Positions 8,575-18,621 are shown, counted from the first letter of the stretch. The stretch: DNA of 64,000 bases from Patescibacteria group bacterium (GCA_038064595.1 JBBTSV010000009.1:8769-72768); one strand, 5' to 3'. Program-made: numbers and translations. Notes: a model not told the origin generated them from the letters alone.

Positions 8575-9794
8575 TTAGGGGGCGCGACCACGACGCTAAT
8601 CGAGGCTGGGTCTTGTGGGAATGACTTACGCCAAAAGGGTCGCAGGATAAGAACTGCGCGCTTCACCTCTGGATAGTTAGTGAGGGCGACTTCAGCTGCC
8701 GAGCGAGTTTTACCGGCAACAGCAGCAGCGATGGTGGTGGGGTCAACTGTATATTCAAGTGCAGCGGTTCCTGAAAGCGCAAAGGTAAATGAGGGGACAT
8801 TTGGCTCTGGAAGATTCGGCGCAGTGAGACGAACCGCGCTCGTAGGCAAGAGAGTGAGCGCGCCACCTTGATACCCCAATCCAAGGACTGATCCTGCAAT
8901 AGCTTCTGCAAGAAGCGCGTTGGGGAAAACGACTGCCGTCACCGTCCCCTGCTCCTTCACATCAACCATGCCGGCCGTCGCTGAAGGAGTGGAGCTTAAA
9001 CTCTCAAAGGTCGTGGTCGCAGCACCTTCAAGCAGAACATACCCTTCTGGCACTTGTTCCTGAATACTCGTAAGGAGGTCTGGGGTGAGCGCTTTCACGA
9101 GCGCGTTGCGCGTCTCTTTCTCAAGTACGGCATCAACGACCGGCTCAACCCCTGAAGAACCACCCGTCATCGCATTCGTCGAACGTGCATACACTTGAGT
9201 CGCTTGAGGTGTGCCAGCAAAGCCGGGTACCGTAAACGAGGTTGGTCCAACGTTATACGTACTTCCTGGTTTGTCAGCCGTCACCTTGACTGAAATGGAT
9301 CCTGGTTTGGCAGTACTCCCTCCCGGGACAGTGATAGCTGACTTGATACGGAAGATGAGACCTGCCGTTGTCGCAAAGCGGGTATTCGCGACGAGGTGTT
9401 GTGCCTTCATCTGTGTGTTGTAGACCGTGATTGTTCCTGACGCACTCGTCGAGACCTCCTTGGTTCCGTTTCCTTTGACGCTCTGGGTCGCGATTTTTTG
9501 TGCGGTGATGATCTCATACGGGAGCGTGCCGGTGCTCTGCGTTGCGGTAAAAGAACTCTGGACCGCAGCCGACGCTGTGCTCGGCGTAATCTGTATCTTG
9601 GCACTCGAGAAGTAGAAGAGAGCACCGACTGAGGCACCGACCACGATGAGCACCGTAAAGAAGGTGATGAAAGGGAAGCGTGGGGAACGATCGATCGGCC
9701 GGGGCGGGATGCGACCTCCGGGGGTGGCTATATCAGTCATGGTATCAAACTCTTTTCGACGTGAGGGAGGGGTAATATCGTTTAGTGTGCGCAT
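8571..9794 (-). CDS. Membrane-anchored protein with baseplate J-like domain
   Basis: N-terminal TM, ASGTITVYN, TRFATTAGLIFR, VTADKPGSTYN, AMTGG pattern. Confidence 0.7.
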   Translation of the reverse strand: MRTLNDITPPSRRKEFDTMTDIATPGGRIPPRPIDRSPRFPFITFFTVLIVVGASVGALFYFSSAKIQITPSTASAAVQSSFTATQSTGTLPYEIITAQKIATQSVKGNGTKEVSTSASGTITVYNTQMKAQHLVANTRFATTAGLIFRIKSAITVPGGSTAKPGSISVKVTADKPGSTYNVGPTSFTVPGFAGTPQATQVYARSTNAMTGGSSGVEPVVDAVLEKETRNALVKALTPDLLTSIQEQVPEGYVLLEGAATTTFESLSSTPSATAGMVDVKEQGTVTAVVFPNALLAEAIAGSVLGLGYQGGALTLLPTSAVRLTAPNLPEPNVPSFTFALSGTAALEYTVDPTTIAAAVAGKTRSAAEVALTNYPEVKRAVLILRPFWRKSFPQDPASISVVVAPPN

Positions 9795-9834
9795 ATGGTG
9801 GTAGTATAGCAGTTTTTATTCCGCCACCACCCTC

Positions 9835-10863
9835 TTAGGGTGTGCTCTGATTTTTCCAGTACAGCGTCATGAGAAGCATGAGGAGGTCGGCCGGGCTCGT
9901 CGTCGACTGTTGGACAAAATTGGCAAGCTGGCCGGCAACGACCGGGACCACCGTCGGGGGGCTATCAGAGAGCCAGAGGTCGCCGAGTTTAGCGGCCGCG
10001 AGCGCCTCTTGGAGACCAAATATCTCTGGCTCCCGAGCAAGAAGAAAGATCGTTCGTGGGAGCGGGAACTGGCGCGCAAGCTCCGCAAGCTCGGTCCGAA
10101 TCTGCTGAACCCACCCCTCGACGGTGGCAATGTTTTCAGTCACCTGTGAGTGCGCCATAAAGAGGTCACGTCGCACGAGCGCGATCGAGGTGAGTGGCTC
10201 GGTCACGTCAAAGATGAGTGCGTCGCGCTCGTGCGGGAAAACCGTGCGGATCACCTGATAGCGGAGCGAGCTGCCTGCAATCGGATACACATTCTTAGTA
10301 TGATAGGCGTGTTCGAGTGTGGTGATGATTGCGTTGGCAATCGACTCGTCAATAAGCGACGTGAGGATCACGATCTCCGCACGATGTACCTCTTTGTCGT
10401 ATGGATCTTTAGTCTCATAGCCGTTCAGAATGGTGCCGATCACGCTCTCGTCGACCAGTATTTTGCCGGTCGGTTTCGCTTGCGTTTTCTCGAGCACACT
10501 CGCGACGAGTCGCCTCGAGAAGACAAAGGGTTTCTGCTCCTCCAGGTACTCACTCCGGACAAAGGTGCGCTGCCAGGGTGCGTCGACCGAGACAAGAATA
10601 GCGTCTGCGCTCCCTCGGCCGGTAAGCCGCAAGAGCGCCGGCGCACCGTCTCGGATGAGCACTTCATCGAGCTCTGTGAGTGCACGGACAACTGCCTCCT
10701 GCTCCAGCTCTCCATCACGGAACTCAATCTGTACCCGCGTCGTGTAGACGAGCTGCGGGAGCACGTCTGCGGGAAAGTGGGCGTAGCCGCCCGTGACCGA
10801 GCGTGCGCCAACGTCGATCAACACCACCGACTCACCGGTATGCCGCTTTCCAAACAAGCTCAT
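9835..10863 (-). CDS. Divergent FtsA/PilM-like actin-fold protein
   Basis: LIDVGARSV phosphate-1-like and IFDVTEPLTSI phosphate-2-like motifs; LNGY motif. Confidence 0.6.
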   Translation of the reverse strand: MSLFGKRHTGESVVLIDVGARSVTGGYAHFPADVLPQLVYTTRVQIEFRDGELEQEAVVRALTELDEVLIRDGAPALLRLTGRGSADAILVSVDAPWQRTFVRSEYLEEQKPFVFSRRLVASVLEKTQAKPTGKILVDESVIGTILNGYETKDPYDKEVHRAEIVILTSLIDESIANAIITTLEHAYHTKNVYPIAGSSLRYQVIRTVFPHERDALIFDVTEPLTSIALVRRDLFMAHSQVTENIATVEGWVQQIRTELAELARQFPLPRTIFLLAREPEIFGLQEALAAAKLGDLWLSDSPPTVVPVVAGQLANFVQQSTTSPADLLMLLMTLYWKNQSTP

Positions 10864-10914
10864 CCCTTTATTCTAGCACTTCCGCTCTGCACTAAACTCC
10901 CTGTGCGTGCGTAC

Positions 10915-12732
10915 TCACTGCAAAACGGCTTTGATGCGCCGCACCCCCGCTGACGACGCTTCTTCTTTCACGATTTTAAACTGCGCACCACCCTCACCAA
11001 GCTCGCGCGTGTTGGAGACGTGTGGTCCACCACAAAACTCTATCGAAAATGCGCTCTCAAGGGGTCCCACCGAATACACCGAGACGGTCTCGGGGTAGGT
11101 GGCGCCAAACTCGTGTTCCGCCCCGAGCTTCTCTGCCTCCTCCTTCTTCATGTCGGTGCGCACCACCGGAATAGCCTCCATTATCTTCTCGTTCACGATT
11201 TCTTCTACCTTCTTGATTTGTTCGGAAGTCATTTTCGATCCGTACGAGAAATCGATACGCAGGCGCTCACTGGTGATATTGCTCCCCCTCTGGTGCACCT
11301 CGGGGCCGAGCACCATCTGGAGCGCCTTCAGGAGGAGGTGGTGCGCCGTGTGGTAGCGCACCGTCTCTACCGCGTGGTCAGCGAGCCCGCCGGCAAACTT
11401 CTGCGCGGCACCCGCCCGCGAGAGCGCCTGGTGCTCCGCCATCTTCTGCTTCACGTCTTCAAAGTCTATCCCCGCGCCGCGCTCCGCAGCGATCTCGGCC
11501 GTGAGCTCGACTGGAAAGCCGTAGGTGGTGAAGAGCATAAAGGCATCAATGTTTTCTCCCATCTTCTCAAGTTCGCGCATACCATTTGAGAGCGTCTTTC
11601 TGAATTGCTGTTCCTCTTTCTCAAGCTCCTCTTTGATAGTCTGCGCGGCCGCGTGCACAAACGGATACTGCGCAACGTACGCGGCGCCAAAGCCTTCGGC
11701 AACCTCGGCCAAGACGGCATCTTTGATCCCGAGCTTGTCGGCCTCGCGTATCGAGCGACGAATCAGGCGTCTAAGCACATAGCCCTGTTCGGCATTACTC
11801 GGCCGGATCCCCGACGCGATCATGAAGGTCGCTGCGCGCACGTGATCAAGGACGATCCTAAACGACCTTGTATCTGCGCCACCATTTTCGACAAGGTTTA
11901 ACCTTGTTTCGTAGGACTTTCCTGATCGCTGTTCTAGCACAGTGCGTGCTTGGTCGAATACGTCGGTGAGAAAGACGTCTGGGTTGTTGCGTGTCGCGGC
12001 CGTCATGCGCTCGAGCCCGCCGCCAAAGTCGACATTCTGCTTCGGCAATTTAGCGAATCCATCTGCCGTCTTGATGTATTCCATAAAGACCGAGTTGCCG
12101 ATCTCCATGAAGCGCCCACAGTCGCAGTTGGGGTGACACGCTTCGCCAAAGGCGCTGTCGTGTGGCGTCTGGAAGTCAAAAAAGAGTTCAGAATCGGGAC
12201 CGCCCGGCTCGCCCACAGGCATTTTGTCGGGAGTGCCGGAGCGGCTCCACCAATTCTTCTTGGCATCGTAGAAGAGAATGTGGTCGTCGGGCATGCCGAT
12301 CTGCTTCCAGATCTCAGCGGCCTCGGTATCCTTGGGTAGGCCGAGCGCTTCGTCGCCTAGGAAGCAGGTGACCCAGAGTCGCTCCTTGGGCAGCCCGAGC
12401 TCACTAGTGACAAACTCATAGACCCACGGGAGCTGCTCTTTTTTAAAATAATCACCGAGGCTCCAATTGCCGAGCATCTCAAAAAAGGTTGTGTGGCGAT
12501 TATCGCCCACCTCCTCGATGTCGCCGGCGCGGAACGAGAGCTGCGAGTCGACCAGCCGCGTGCCTAGGGCGTGCGGCTGGCCGAGGAGGTATGGCACCAA
12601 GGGCTGCATCCCCGAGCTCGTGAAGAGCGTGGTCGGGTCATTCTCGGGCACGATGGGCGCCGACGGTATCACCGCGTGCCCCCTTGCAGCAAAAAACGCT
12701 AAATATTTCTCCCGCACTTCGTTCACGGTCAT
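10915..12732 (-). CDS. alaS: Alanine--tRNA ligase (no C-Ala domain)
   Basis: FTSSGMQP, HTTFFEMLGNWS, DFGGGLER, HTAHH, EFCGGPH, GVRRIKA then stop; start MTVNEVR. Confidence 0.97.
   Translation of the reverse strand: MTVNEVREKYLAFFAARGHAVIPSAPIVPENDPTTLFTSSGMQPLVPYLLGQPHALGTRLVDSQLSFRAGDIEEVGDNRHTTFFEMLGNWSLGDYFKKEQLPWVYEFVTSELGLPKERLWVTCFLGDEALGLPKDTEAAEIWKQIGMPDDHILFYDAKKNWWSRSGTPDKMPVGEPGGPDSELFFDFQTPHDSAFGEACHPNCDCGRFMEIGNSVFMEYIKTADGFAKLPKQNVDFGGGLERMTAATRNNPDVFLTDVFDQARTVLEQRSGKSYETRLNLVENGGADTRSFRIVLDHVRAATFMIASGIRPSNAEQGYVLRRLIRRSIREADKLGIKDAVLAEVAEGFGAAYVAQYPFVHAAAQTIKEELEKEEQQFRKTLSNGMRELEKMGENIDAFMLFTTYGFPVELTAEIAAERGAGIDFEDVKQKMAEHQALSRAGAAQKFAGGLADHAVETVRYHTAHHLLLKALQMVLGPEVHQRGSNITSERLRIDFSYGSKMTSEQIKKVEEIVNEKIMEAIPVVRTDMKKEEAEKLGAEHEFGATYPETVSVYSVGPLESAFSIEFCGGPHVSNTRELGEGGAQFKIVKEEASSAGVRRIKAVLQ
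11891..11907. repeat. Family C palindrome inside alaS
   Basis: acaaggtt-t-aaccttgt, translated on the minus strand as TRLNLV. Confidence 0.8.
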
Positions 12733-12809
12733 ATGTAGAGAGAGTACCGCACTCATATAAAAAGCAGAAGCCCCATTGCTGGAGCTTCGCGGTCGTGCCG
12801 AACGGTTGG

Positions 12810-13343
12810 TCAGTGGCGCCGGACGAAGTTGGGGACCAGAAGAAGGTTGGCCGTCCCAAATTCGTTTTCGAACGCATGAAAGACATGCGTCCTGACTCCG
12901 TCGTCCCACCAATACTGCACACAGAAGAGAGCGACCGGTCTTTTCGGATCGCCCGTCGGGGTGAAGCAGTGGAGCGAGAAACTCCCGCTCAGATCTCGGA
13001 TCACCTGCGCTGGCCCCGTCTCCTCGAGGTGCGCCAAGACGGCTTCGACCTGCGACAAGGTCAGCGTGTGCCCCAACGCAATCAGCAGGGTGCCGAGTGC
13101 ACGCTCGGTGAGCCTATCACCCCGACCGAGTCCAAGAAGTGCAGCGGCGGCGTTGCGATCATTCCACTTCTCGCCGTCGTCCCAGGCAAACACCGTGACC
13201 AGCGTCAGCGGCGTCGCTGGCTGCATGATTGGTAACCACCGGTCGATGTCGGCGTCCCTACTAGCGACCTGATCAAAGCAGGTGAGCGTAGTCTTCTCCG
13301 CGGTGGGGCTCACGGGGATGTGACCCGCGATCCTAAGATCCAT
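12810..13343 (-). CDS. Hypothetical protein (177 aa)
   Basis: AAGGAG 6 nt before ATG; promoter TTGCAA-16-TATAAT at 13436-13409; hairpin + U tract near 12757-12790. Confidence 0.7.
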   Translation of the reverse strand: MDLRIAGHIPVSPTAEKTTLTCFDQVASRDADIDRWLPIMQPATPLTLVTVFAWDDGEKWNDRNAAAALLGLGRGDRLTERALGTLLIALGHTLTLSQVEAVLAHLEETGPAQVIRDLSGSFSLHCFTPTGDPKRPVALFCVQYWWDDGVRTHVFHAFENEFGTANLLLVPNFVRRH

Positions 13344-13490
13344 TTCAATCTCCTTTGGGGTGGGGCCGCGGACGCGGCAGAAGCGAACGGGATTGTGCTT
13401 CTGGACGCATTATATAATAAAACTTTAAACTTGCAATTCTCCTCTTTTCTCTGATTTCCCTTCGATTCCCTTTCGGTATACGATGCAGAT

Positions 13491-15467
13491 ATGAAAAAGG
13501 ATTGGGGATTTGATACGCGCGATATTGATACCACGATGCGGCCGCAGGATGATTTTTATAAGTATGTGAACGGCGGGTGGTTGAACAAGAATCCGATACC
13601 GGCTGAAGAGTCGAGTTGGGGGTCATTCCGTATTTTGCGCTACGAGACCGAGAAGCAGCTGAAGCAGATTGTGACAAAGCTCGTTGCGCAGCCCCGACGC
13701 CGGGGGGTCGGGGCCCCGACCGATGCGTCGGGGCTCGTGCGTGACTTGTACCGCTCGGGGCTCGACATGCCGGCGCGTAACCGCGCCGGCCTCGCGCCGC
13801 TTAAGTCGTGGCTCGAGAGGATTGAGAAAATCAGGGATGTGAAGTCACTCGTCACCACCCTCGCCCACTTCGAGAAGATCGGTGGGGGCGGCCCGTGGGG
13901 CCTCATGGTTGATCAAGACATGAAGGACAGCCGGAAGTATGTGGTCTATGTACACCAGAGCGGGCTGGGGATGCCCGACCGCGACTACTACCTGAAGGAC
14001 GATGCCGAGTCCAAGCGGGTGCGGAGCGCCTATGAGAAGCATCTCGACGCGATTTTCATACTTTCGGGCGTGACGCGTGCTGAAGCCAAGAAGAAGCGCG
14101 ATGTTGTGATGCAGATCGAGAACGCGATTGCAAAGATCTCAATGAGCAAAGAGGAGCTGCGGGATGTGGATAAGACGTATCACAAGATGACCGTGCGGGC
14201 GCTTGCGAGCCTCTCGCCCGCCGTCGACTGGCAGAGCTACTTCAAAATCGTCGGCACGGGCACGCTACGTGAGGTCATCGTCATGCAGCCCACATTTATC
14301 AAGGCTGCTGCTGCCCTCTTGAAGAAGTTCTCGATCGAGGAATGGCAGACCTACCTCACCTGGCACCTCGTCGGCGGCGCCGCGAGCTACCTAGGGGAGA
14401 GATTTGAGAAACAGAACTTTGCCTTCTACGGCACCGTTCTCTCGGGCGTGAAGGTGATGAAGCCCGCGTGGCGCCGCGCACTCTCTACGGTCAACGGCTG
14501 CCTCGGCGAGGTCCTCGGGCAGCTCTATGTCAAAGCGTACTTTAGCCCACGCGCAAAGAAAGAGATCGAGACAGTCGTCACAGATCTCTTCAGAGCCTAC
14601 GAAAATCGGATCAAGAATCTCGACTGGATGAGTGTCGCGACCAAGAAAAAAGCACTCGTGAAGCTCTCGCAGGTGACGCGCAAGCTCGGCTACCCAGACA
14701 AGTGGAAGAGCTACAAGGGTCTCGTTATCCGACCCGACGACTACTTTGGCAATATTCTGCGTGCGTCACTCAAGGAACACGCACGGATGATGCGTCGGCT
14801 CCAGAAGCCGGTCGACCGTAAGGAGTGGTTCATGACCCCGCAGACCGTGAATGCCTACTGTAGCTTTGGCCTCAATGATGTCGTCTTCCCTGCCGCTATC
14901 CTCCAGCCGCCCTTCTTCAATGTCGATGCTGACGACGCGGTCAACTACGGCTCGATCGGCTCGGTCATAGGACACGAGATCACGCACGGCTTTGACGATC
15001 AGGGTTCCAAGTTTGACGGCTACGGCAACCGCACCACCTGGTGGACCCCGATCGACCGCAAACGATTTGAGAAAAAAGCGCACGTACTGGTCGAGCAGTT
15101 TAATCGCTACCGCGTCGCCGGCGGACTCAGGGTGAACGGCGAGCTCACGCTCGGCGAGAATATTGCCGACCTCGGTGGTGCGTCAATCGCCTTTGACGCC
15201 TATCAGCTCCGGCTGAAGAAAACGGGACGCAAGGATATTGACGATCTGACGCCCGAACAGCGATTCTTTATGAGCTTCGCCCTTTTTGAGCGCGAGAACC
15301 GCCGCAAGGAGGCGCAGATGACGCAGGTGCTCACCGATCCGCACTCGCCCGGCCAATTCCGCATCAACGGTCCCGCGTCAAACCTCCACGAGTTCTATGA
15401 AGCGTTTGGGGTCAAAAAGGGTGATGCGCTCTTTCGTGAGTCGTCAAAGCGTGCGAAGATTTGGTAA
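13491..15467 (+). CDS. pepO: M13 family metallopeptidase (PepO/neprilysin-like)
   Basis: DDFYKYVNGGW, VNAY, GHEITHGFD, GENIADLGG, DPHSP. Confidence 0.93.
   Translation: MKKDWGFDTRDIDTTMRPQDDFYKYVNGGWLNKNPIPAEESSWGSFRILRYETEKQLKQIVTKLVAQPRRRGVGAPTDASGLVRDLYRSGLDMPARNRAGLAPLKSWLERIEKIRDVKSLVTTLAHFEKIGGGGPWGLMVDQDMKDSRKYVVYVHQSGLGMPDRDYYLKDDAESKRVRSAYEKHLDAIFILSGVTRAEAKKKRDVVMQIENAIAKISMSKEELRDVDKTYHKMTVRALASLSPAVDWQSYFKIVGTGTLREVIVMQPTFIKAAAALLKKFSIEEWQTYLTWHLVGGAASYLGERFEKQNFAFYGTVLSGVKVMKPAWRRALSTVNGCLGEVLGQLYVKAYFSPRAKKEIETVVTDLFRAYENRIKNLDWMSVATKKKALVKLSQVTRKLGYPDKWKSYKGLVIRPDDYFGNILRASLKEHARMMRRLQKPVDRKEWFMTPQTVNAYCSFGLNDVVFPAAILQPPFFNVDADDAVNYGSIGSVIGHEITHGFDDQGSKFDGYGNRTTWWTPIDRKRFEKKAHVLVEQFNRYRVAGGLRVNGELTLGENIADLGGASIAFDAYQLRLKKTGRKDIDDLTPEQRFFMSFALFERENRRKEAQMTQVLTDPHSPGQFRINGPASNLHEFYEAFGVKKGDALFRESSKRAKIW
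13690..13735. repeat. Family D nested palindrome inside the M13 peptidase
   Basis: agccccgacgc...ggtcggggccccgacc-gat-gcgtcggggct; encodes PRRRGVGAPTDASG. Confidence 0.88.
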
Positions 15468-15469
15468 TC

Positions 15470-15844
15470 ATGTCCAACACCACCGACGCGGTTATCGCCT
15501 TTGACTTCGACGGCGTCATTGCCTCGTACCAGGGCTTTATCTCTCATGCTGACGTTCAGCCACCGAATCCGGAAGTGGTAAAAACAATGCAGCTCCTGCG
15601 CGAGAAAGGATGCAAAATTATGATTCACTCCACCCGCGGCAATGACTTTCTCGCGCACTACTGCGAGCAGTTCTCACTTCCCGTCGACTACATCAATCGT
15701 CGCCCTGATCTGGTTGGCGAGAACCCCGGTAAGCCCATCGCCTTTGTGTATATCGATGATCACGCGCTCTGCTATCGAGGTCAAAACGCCGAGGACCTTG
15801 TCGACGAGGTAGTCAACTTCAAGCCCTACTGGCGCGACGCGTAA
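15470..15844 (+). CDS. Minimal HAD-superfamily hydrolase
   Basis: FDFDGVI, HSTR, GKP..YIDD motifs. Confidence 0.8.
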   Translation: MSNTTDAVIAFDFDGVIASYQGFISHADVQPPNPEVVKTMQLLREKGCKIMIHSTRGNDFLAHYCEQFSLPVDYINRRPDLVGENPGKPIAFVYIDDHALCYRGQNAEDLVDEVVNFKPYWRDA

Positions 15845-15898
15845 CTTTATACACTACTCATTGCTCGACCAGCTAACTGGGTTGCTATACTACTTTCA

Positions 15899-16369
15899 AT
15901 GAGTCCTGACTTACTTCAGTGGGCCACGATCCTCTTTAAAGAGCGGGGCGGGACATACGAGACCCTCAGCGCTGAACTGCTCAAGACCGGATATACCCGT
16001 AAGGACATCGATGCGGTATACGACGAGATGGTGCGGCTTGGGCACGCGCTCCCTCCTCCTCCCGCACCAGAAAAGCATATGCCCACGAGTGCTCAGAGCA
16101 CCCCAAGCGCGCCGCACGCGCCGACCTCACCAGAAGAAGTTCAGGCACACGTTGACGAGGCACGCGTTGTCGATGAAGAGGTGCACACCCGCATCTCAAA
16201 GCCTGTCGCGTTTCTCATACTTGGCATCATCCTAGCTCTTGTCGCTTCACTCTTCGGCACCTACTGGTACGCAAAAAATAATCCGCAAGGTTCCCTCGCT
16301 GCGGCCATAAACAAAATAGCCGTCACTCTCTACCTCAACCCGCCCTTCTCGCAAACCCCGGCGCCCTAG
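15899..16369 (+). CDS. Hypothetical protein with Pro-rich linker and one TM helix
   Basis: ORF with TGC-TATACT 7 nt before ATG. Confidence 0.7.
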   Translation: MSPDLLQWATILFKERGGTYETLSAELLKTGYTRKDIDAVYDEMVRLGHALPPPPAPEKHMPTSAQSTPSAPHAPTSPEEVQAHVDEARVVDEEVHTRISKPVAFLILGIILALVASLFGTYWYAKNNPQGSLAAAINKIAVTLYLNPPFSQTPAP

Positions 16370-16383
16370 CACTTGTTAAAGCA

Positions 16384-16408
16384 CGAGGGGCCCCGGTGGG
16401 GCCCCTCG
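16384..16408. terminator. Hairpin between convergent genes
   Basis: cgaggggcccc-ggt-ggggcccctcg. Confidence 0.6.
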
Positions 16409-16411
16409 AAT

Positions 16412-16786
16412 TCATCGCCTCTGCGGGGGAAACCTCGCGAAATGCTCGAACACATGGGCGAGCACGCCCAGAGTCAGAAGCATCCCGATGATTGCCGTCC
16501 AGGCGACCGGTGAGGTCGGTGAGGTATGGTAGGAGAACACTGCCCCCACCACCAAACCCACAGGGACGAGTCCAGCCACCACCGCGATCTCCGGAAGAGC
16601 CGGCCCCTCTTCGTTCTTACCGATATCGGCCAGAAGTGAGAGGAGTAGGCTCATGCCCGAAAACGGCATGGAAAGCCGCCAGAGCCAGTCGCCTGCCTCA
16701 AGCGACATGCTCGCCCACACTCCTCCAACGAGAAACGACACCCCCGTCATAAGGAGGCCCCCGTGAAAGATCTTCTCTGCCTTCAT
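16412..16786 (-). CDS. Hypothetical 4-TM membrane protein (124 aa)
   Basis: AAGGAGGT before ATG 16786; four hydrophobic segments. Confidence 0.65.
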   Translation of the reverse strand: MKAEKIFHGGLLMTGVSFLVGGVWASMSLEAGDWLWRLSMPFSGMSLLLSLLADIGKNEEGPALPEIAVVAGLVPVGLVVGAVFSYHTSPTSPVAWTAIIGMLLTLGVLAHVFEHFARFPPQRR

Positions 16787-16829
16787 GTGACCTCCTTGTC
16801 GAAGTGAAAGCAGGTTGACTGTATAGCGC

Positions 16830-17516
16830 CTACGAGATCCAGTCAATCGGGGTCTCGCCGTGAGCCTCCAGATAACCGTTCACTTTTTTAAAATGGCCAT
16901 TGCCGAAGAAACCCGATGCGGCCGAGAAGGGTGAGGGGTGCGCGGATTCAAGCACCAGGTGTTTAGTGCGGTCAATATGCGCGCCCTTGGCGCGAGCATA
17001 GTTGCCCCACAGCATGAAGACGAGGCGCGTGCGCTCCTCGGAAAGCGTGCGGATAACTGCATCGGTAAACTGCTCCCATCCTTGATTCTGATGCGAGCCA
17101 GCCGTGTGTGCCCGCACGGTGAGAGTTGCATTGAGAAGTAAGACCCCCTGCCTCGCCCACCGCGTGAGATCTCCTCCGCGATTGATGGACACTACGTGTC
17201 CATCAATCGCGCCGTATTCATCTGCAATTTCTTTGAAAATGTTTTGAAGTGAGGGCGGGGTCGCGACCCCCTCATCGACCGCGAAGCAGAGACCGTTGGC
17301 CTGATGCGCCCCATGGTAGGGGTCTTGGCCGAGAATAACGACCTTCACCTGCTCAAAGGGGCAAAGATCAAACGCTCTGAAGATATTCTTGGGCGCGGGA
17401 TACACCACTCCCTCCTGGTATTCTTTTTTTACAAAACTGGTCAGCACTGTGAAATATTCTTTTTCAAATTCACCAGAGAGCTTCTCCTTCCACGTTTTCT
17501 CAATCTTCACCTCCAT
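16830..17516 (-). CDS. ung: Uracil-DNA glycosylase family 1
   Basis: GQDPYH, PPSLQNI, GVLLLN, HPSPFS; start at 17516 or 17522. Confidence 0.97.
   Translation of the reverse strand: MEVKIEKTWKEKLSGEFEKEYFTVLTSFVKKEYQEGVVYPAPKNIFRAFDLCPFEQVKVVILGQDPYHGAHQANGLCFAVDEGVATPPSLQNIFKEIADEYGAIDGHVVSINRGGDLTRWARQGVLLLNATLTVRAHTAGSHQNQGWEQFTDAVIRTLSEERTRLVFMLWGNYARAKGAHIDRTKHLVLESAHPSPFSAASGFFGNGHFKKVNGYLEAHGETPIDWIS
17177..17211. repeat. Family G palindrome inside ung (16-bp arms)
   Basis: cgcgattgatggacac-tac-gtgtccatcaatcgcg; encodes AIDGHVVSINR; core matches 59974-59996. Confidence 0.9.
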
Positions 17517-17521
17517 AAACA

Positions 17522-17546
17522 TTAGGACACTGGGTGTCCTAACTTT
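17522..17546. repeat. Family F (RAYT-flanking REP) copy forming the MGMT C-terminus and stop
   Basis: ttaggacac-tgg-gtgtcctaacttt; encodes KLGHPVS*; same as 49394-49418. Confidence 0.9.
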
Positions 17547-17791
17547 TCTGCGTCGAGGAGCTTTCTTTTTACGTCAGGTCCGCCGCGGTTATACTCGCCG
17601 ATCTGTCCATCGCTCCGAACAACGCGGTGGCACGGCACCGTGGGGTCATAATTGTTTTTCATCACGGTGCCCACAGCGCGCGCGGCGCCTGGGTGCCCGA
17701 TGGCGCGCGCCACCTCGCTGTAACTCTTGGTCTGCCCTTTGGGAATCTGGCGCACGGCATCGCGCACGCGGTCGGCAAAGCTGCTCCTCAT
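17522..17791 (-). CDS. Single-domain O6-methylguanine-DNA methyltransferase family protein
   Basis: IPKGQTKSY, ARAVG, VPCHRVV; start MRSSF. Confidence 0.9.
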   Translation of the reverse strand: MRSSFADRVRDAVRQIPKGQTKSYSEVARAIGHPGAARAVGTVMKNNYDPTVPCHRVVRSDGQIGEYNRGGPDVKRKLLDAEKLGHPVS

Positions 17792-17792
17792 A

Positions 17793-18620
17793 TTATTTCT
17801 TTCCCGACGCTTCGGTCGGGACCCCGACCCCTTGGCGTCGGGGCTTATTCTTCGCATGCAGTGCTTGAAGCGCTTTCCCGGCTGCCTCACGGTAAGTGCA
17901 ATGCTCGCAGGGGCCGCCGCCAAAGGAGGTTCCTATCTTAGGGATCTCGTCACTCATGAGCATTGCCTTTAGGTCATACACCGCCCCCTCGACCCATGCA
18001 TCGCTTCCGGTATACGCTATGAGTTCGACGTCAAACTCGAGCTTCCCGTCAAAAGCCTCGGCATCTGCCTTCCCGTTCACGTAGACAAAGTAGGCCGTCG
18101 GCGAAACGCTGAAGCCATTTTTGCGAAAGAGCCACTGATAGATCTCGAGCTGGCGCTTGTACGCATCGTAAAGGTCGTCCTCGGTTGAAGGGCCGACCTT
18201 CTTACTGGTCGCTTTATAGTCGGCGATGATGAGCTCGCCGGTGGGCGTCACCCAGACGTCGTCGATCCCTCCGCGCACAAGAATGTTAGTCGGCTCATGG
18301 AGATGGCTTATCCCGCGCCGGAGCGCATCACGCCACTCCTCCATCCGCTCGTCAGCAAAAGGGACAGCATCGAGCCCGTATTTCTGGAGCAAAGGATGTC
18401 TGGTCTTGTGGGCGCGATGGATGTCAAACTCACGCTTCAGGAGCTCATCGACCGCGTTGTTGAGAGTGAAAGAAGGCATCGAGGGGCGCTTCACCCCGAG
18501 CCGCATATCGAGGTAGGCACAGCGCGGACACTCGACAAAGAGGTCGATCTTGGAGCGACTCACCTTAAAGGGCTCCGGTGAAGCGGGGTCAAAGGTACTG
18601 CTTTTGCGGGTGAAGGCCAT
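17793..18620 (-). CDS. PD-(D/E)XK nuclease family protein (RecB/AddB-like, Cys-containing)
   Basis: SRSKIDLFVECPRC, GGIDD..IIADYK, QLEIY, CEHCTY. Confidence 0.85.
   Translation of the reverse strand: MAFTRKSSTFDPASPEPFKVSRSKIDLFVECPRCAYLDMRLGVKRPSMPSFTLNNAVDELLKREFDIHRAHKTRHPLLQKYGLDAVPFADERMEEWRDALRRGISHLHEPTNILVRGGIDDVWVTPTGELIIADYKATSKKVGPSTEDDLYDAYKRQLEIYQWLFRKNGFSVSPTAYFVYVNGKADAEAFDGKLEFDVELIAYTGSDAWVEGAVYDLKAMLMSDEIPKIGTSFGGGPCEHCTYREAAGKALQALHAKNKPRRQGVGVPTEASGKK
17803..17843. repeat. Family D palindrome forming the nuclease C-terminus
   Basis: Encodes PRRQGVGVPTEASG. Confidence 0.88.
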
Positions 18621-18621
18621 G

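Noticed and set aside
8571-9794. Prophage or contractile injection system
   Set aside because: No other structural phage genes, integrase or terminase in the window.
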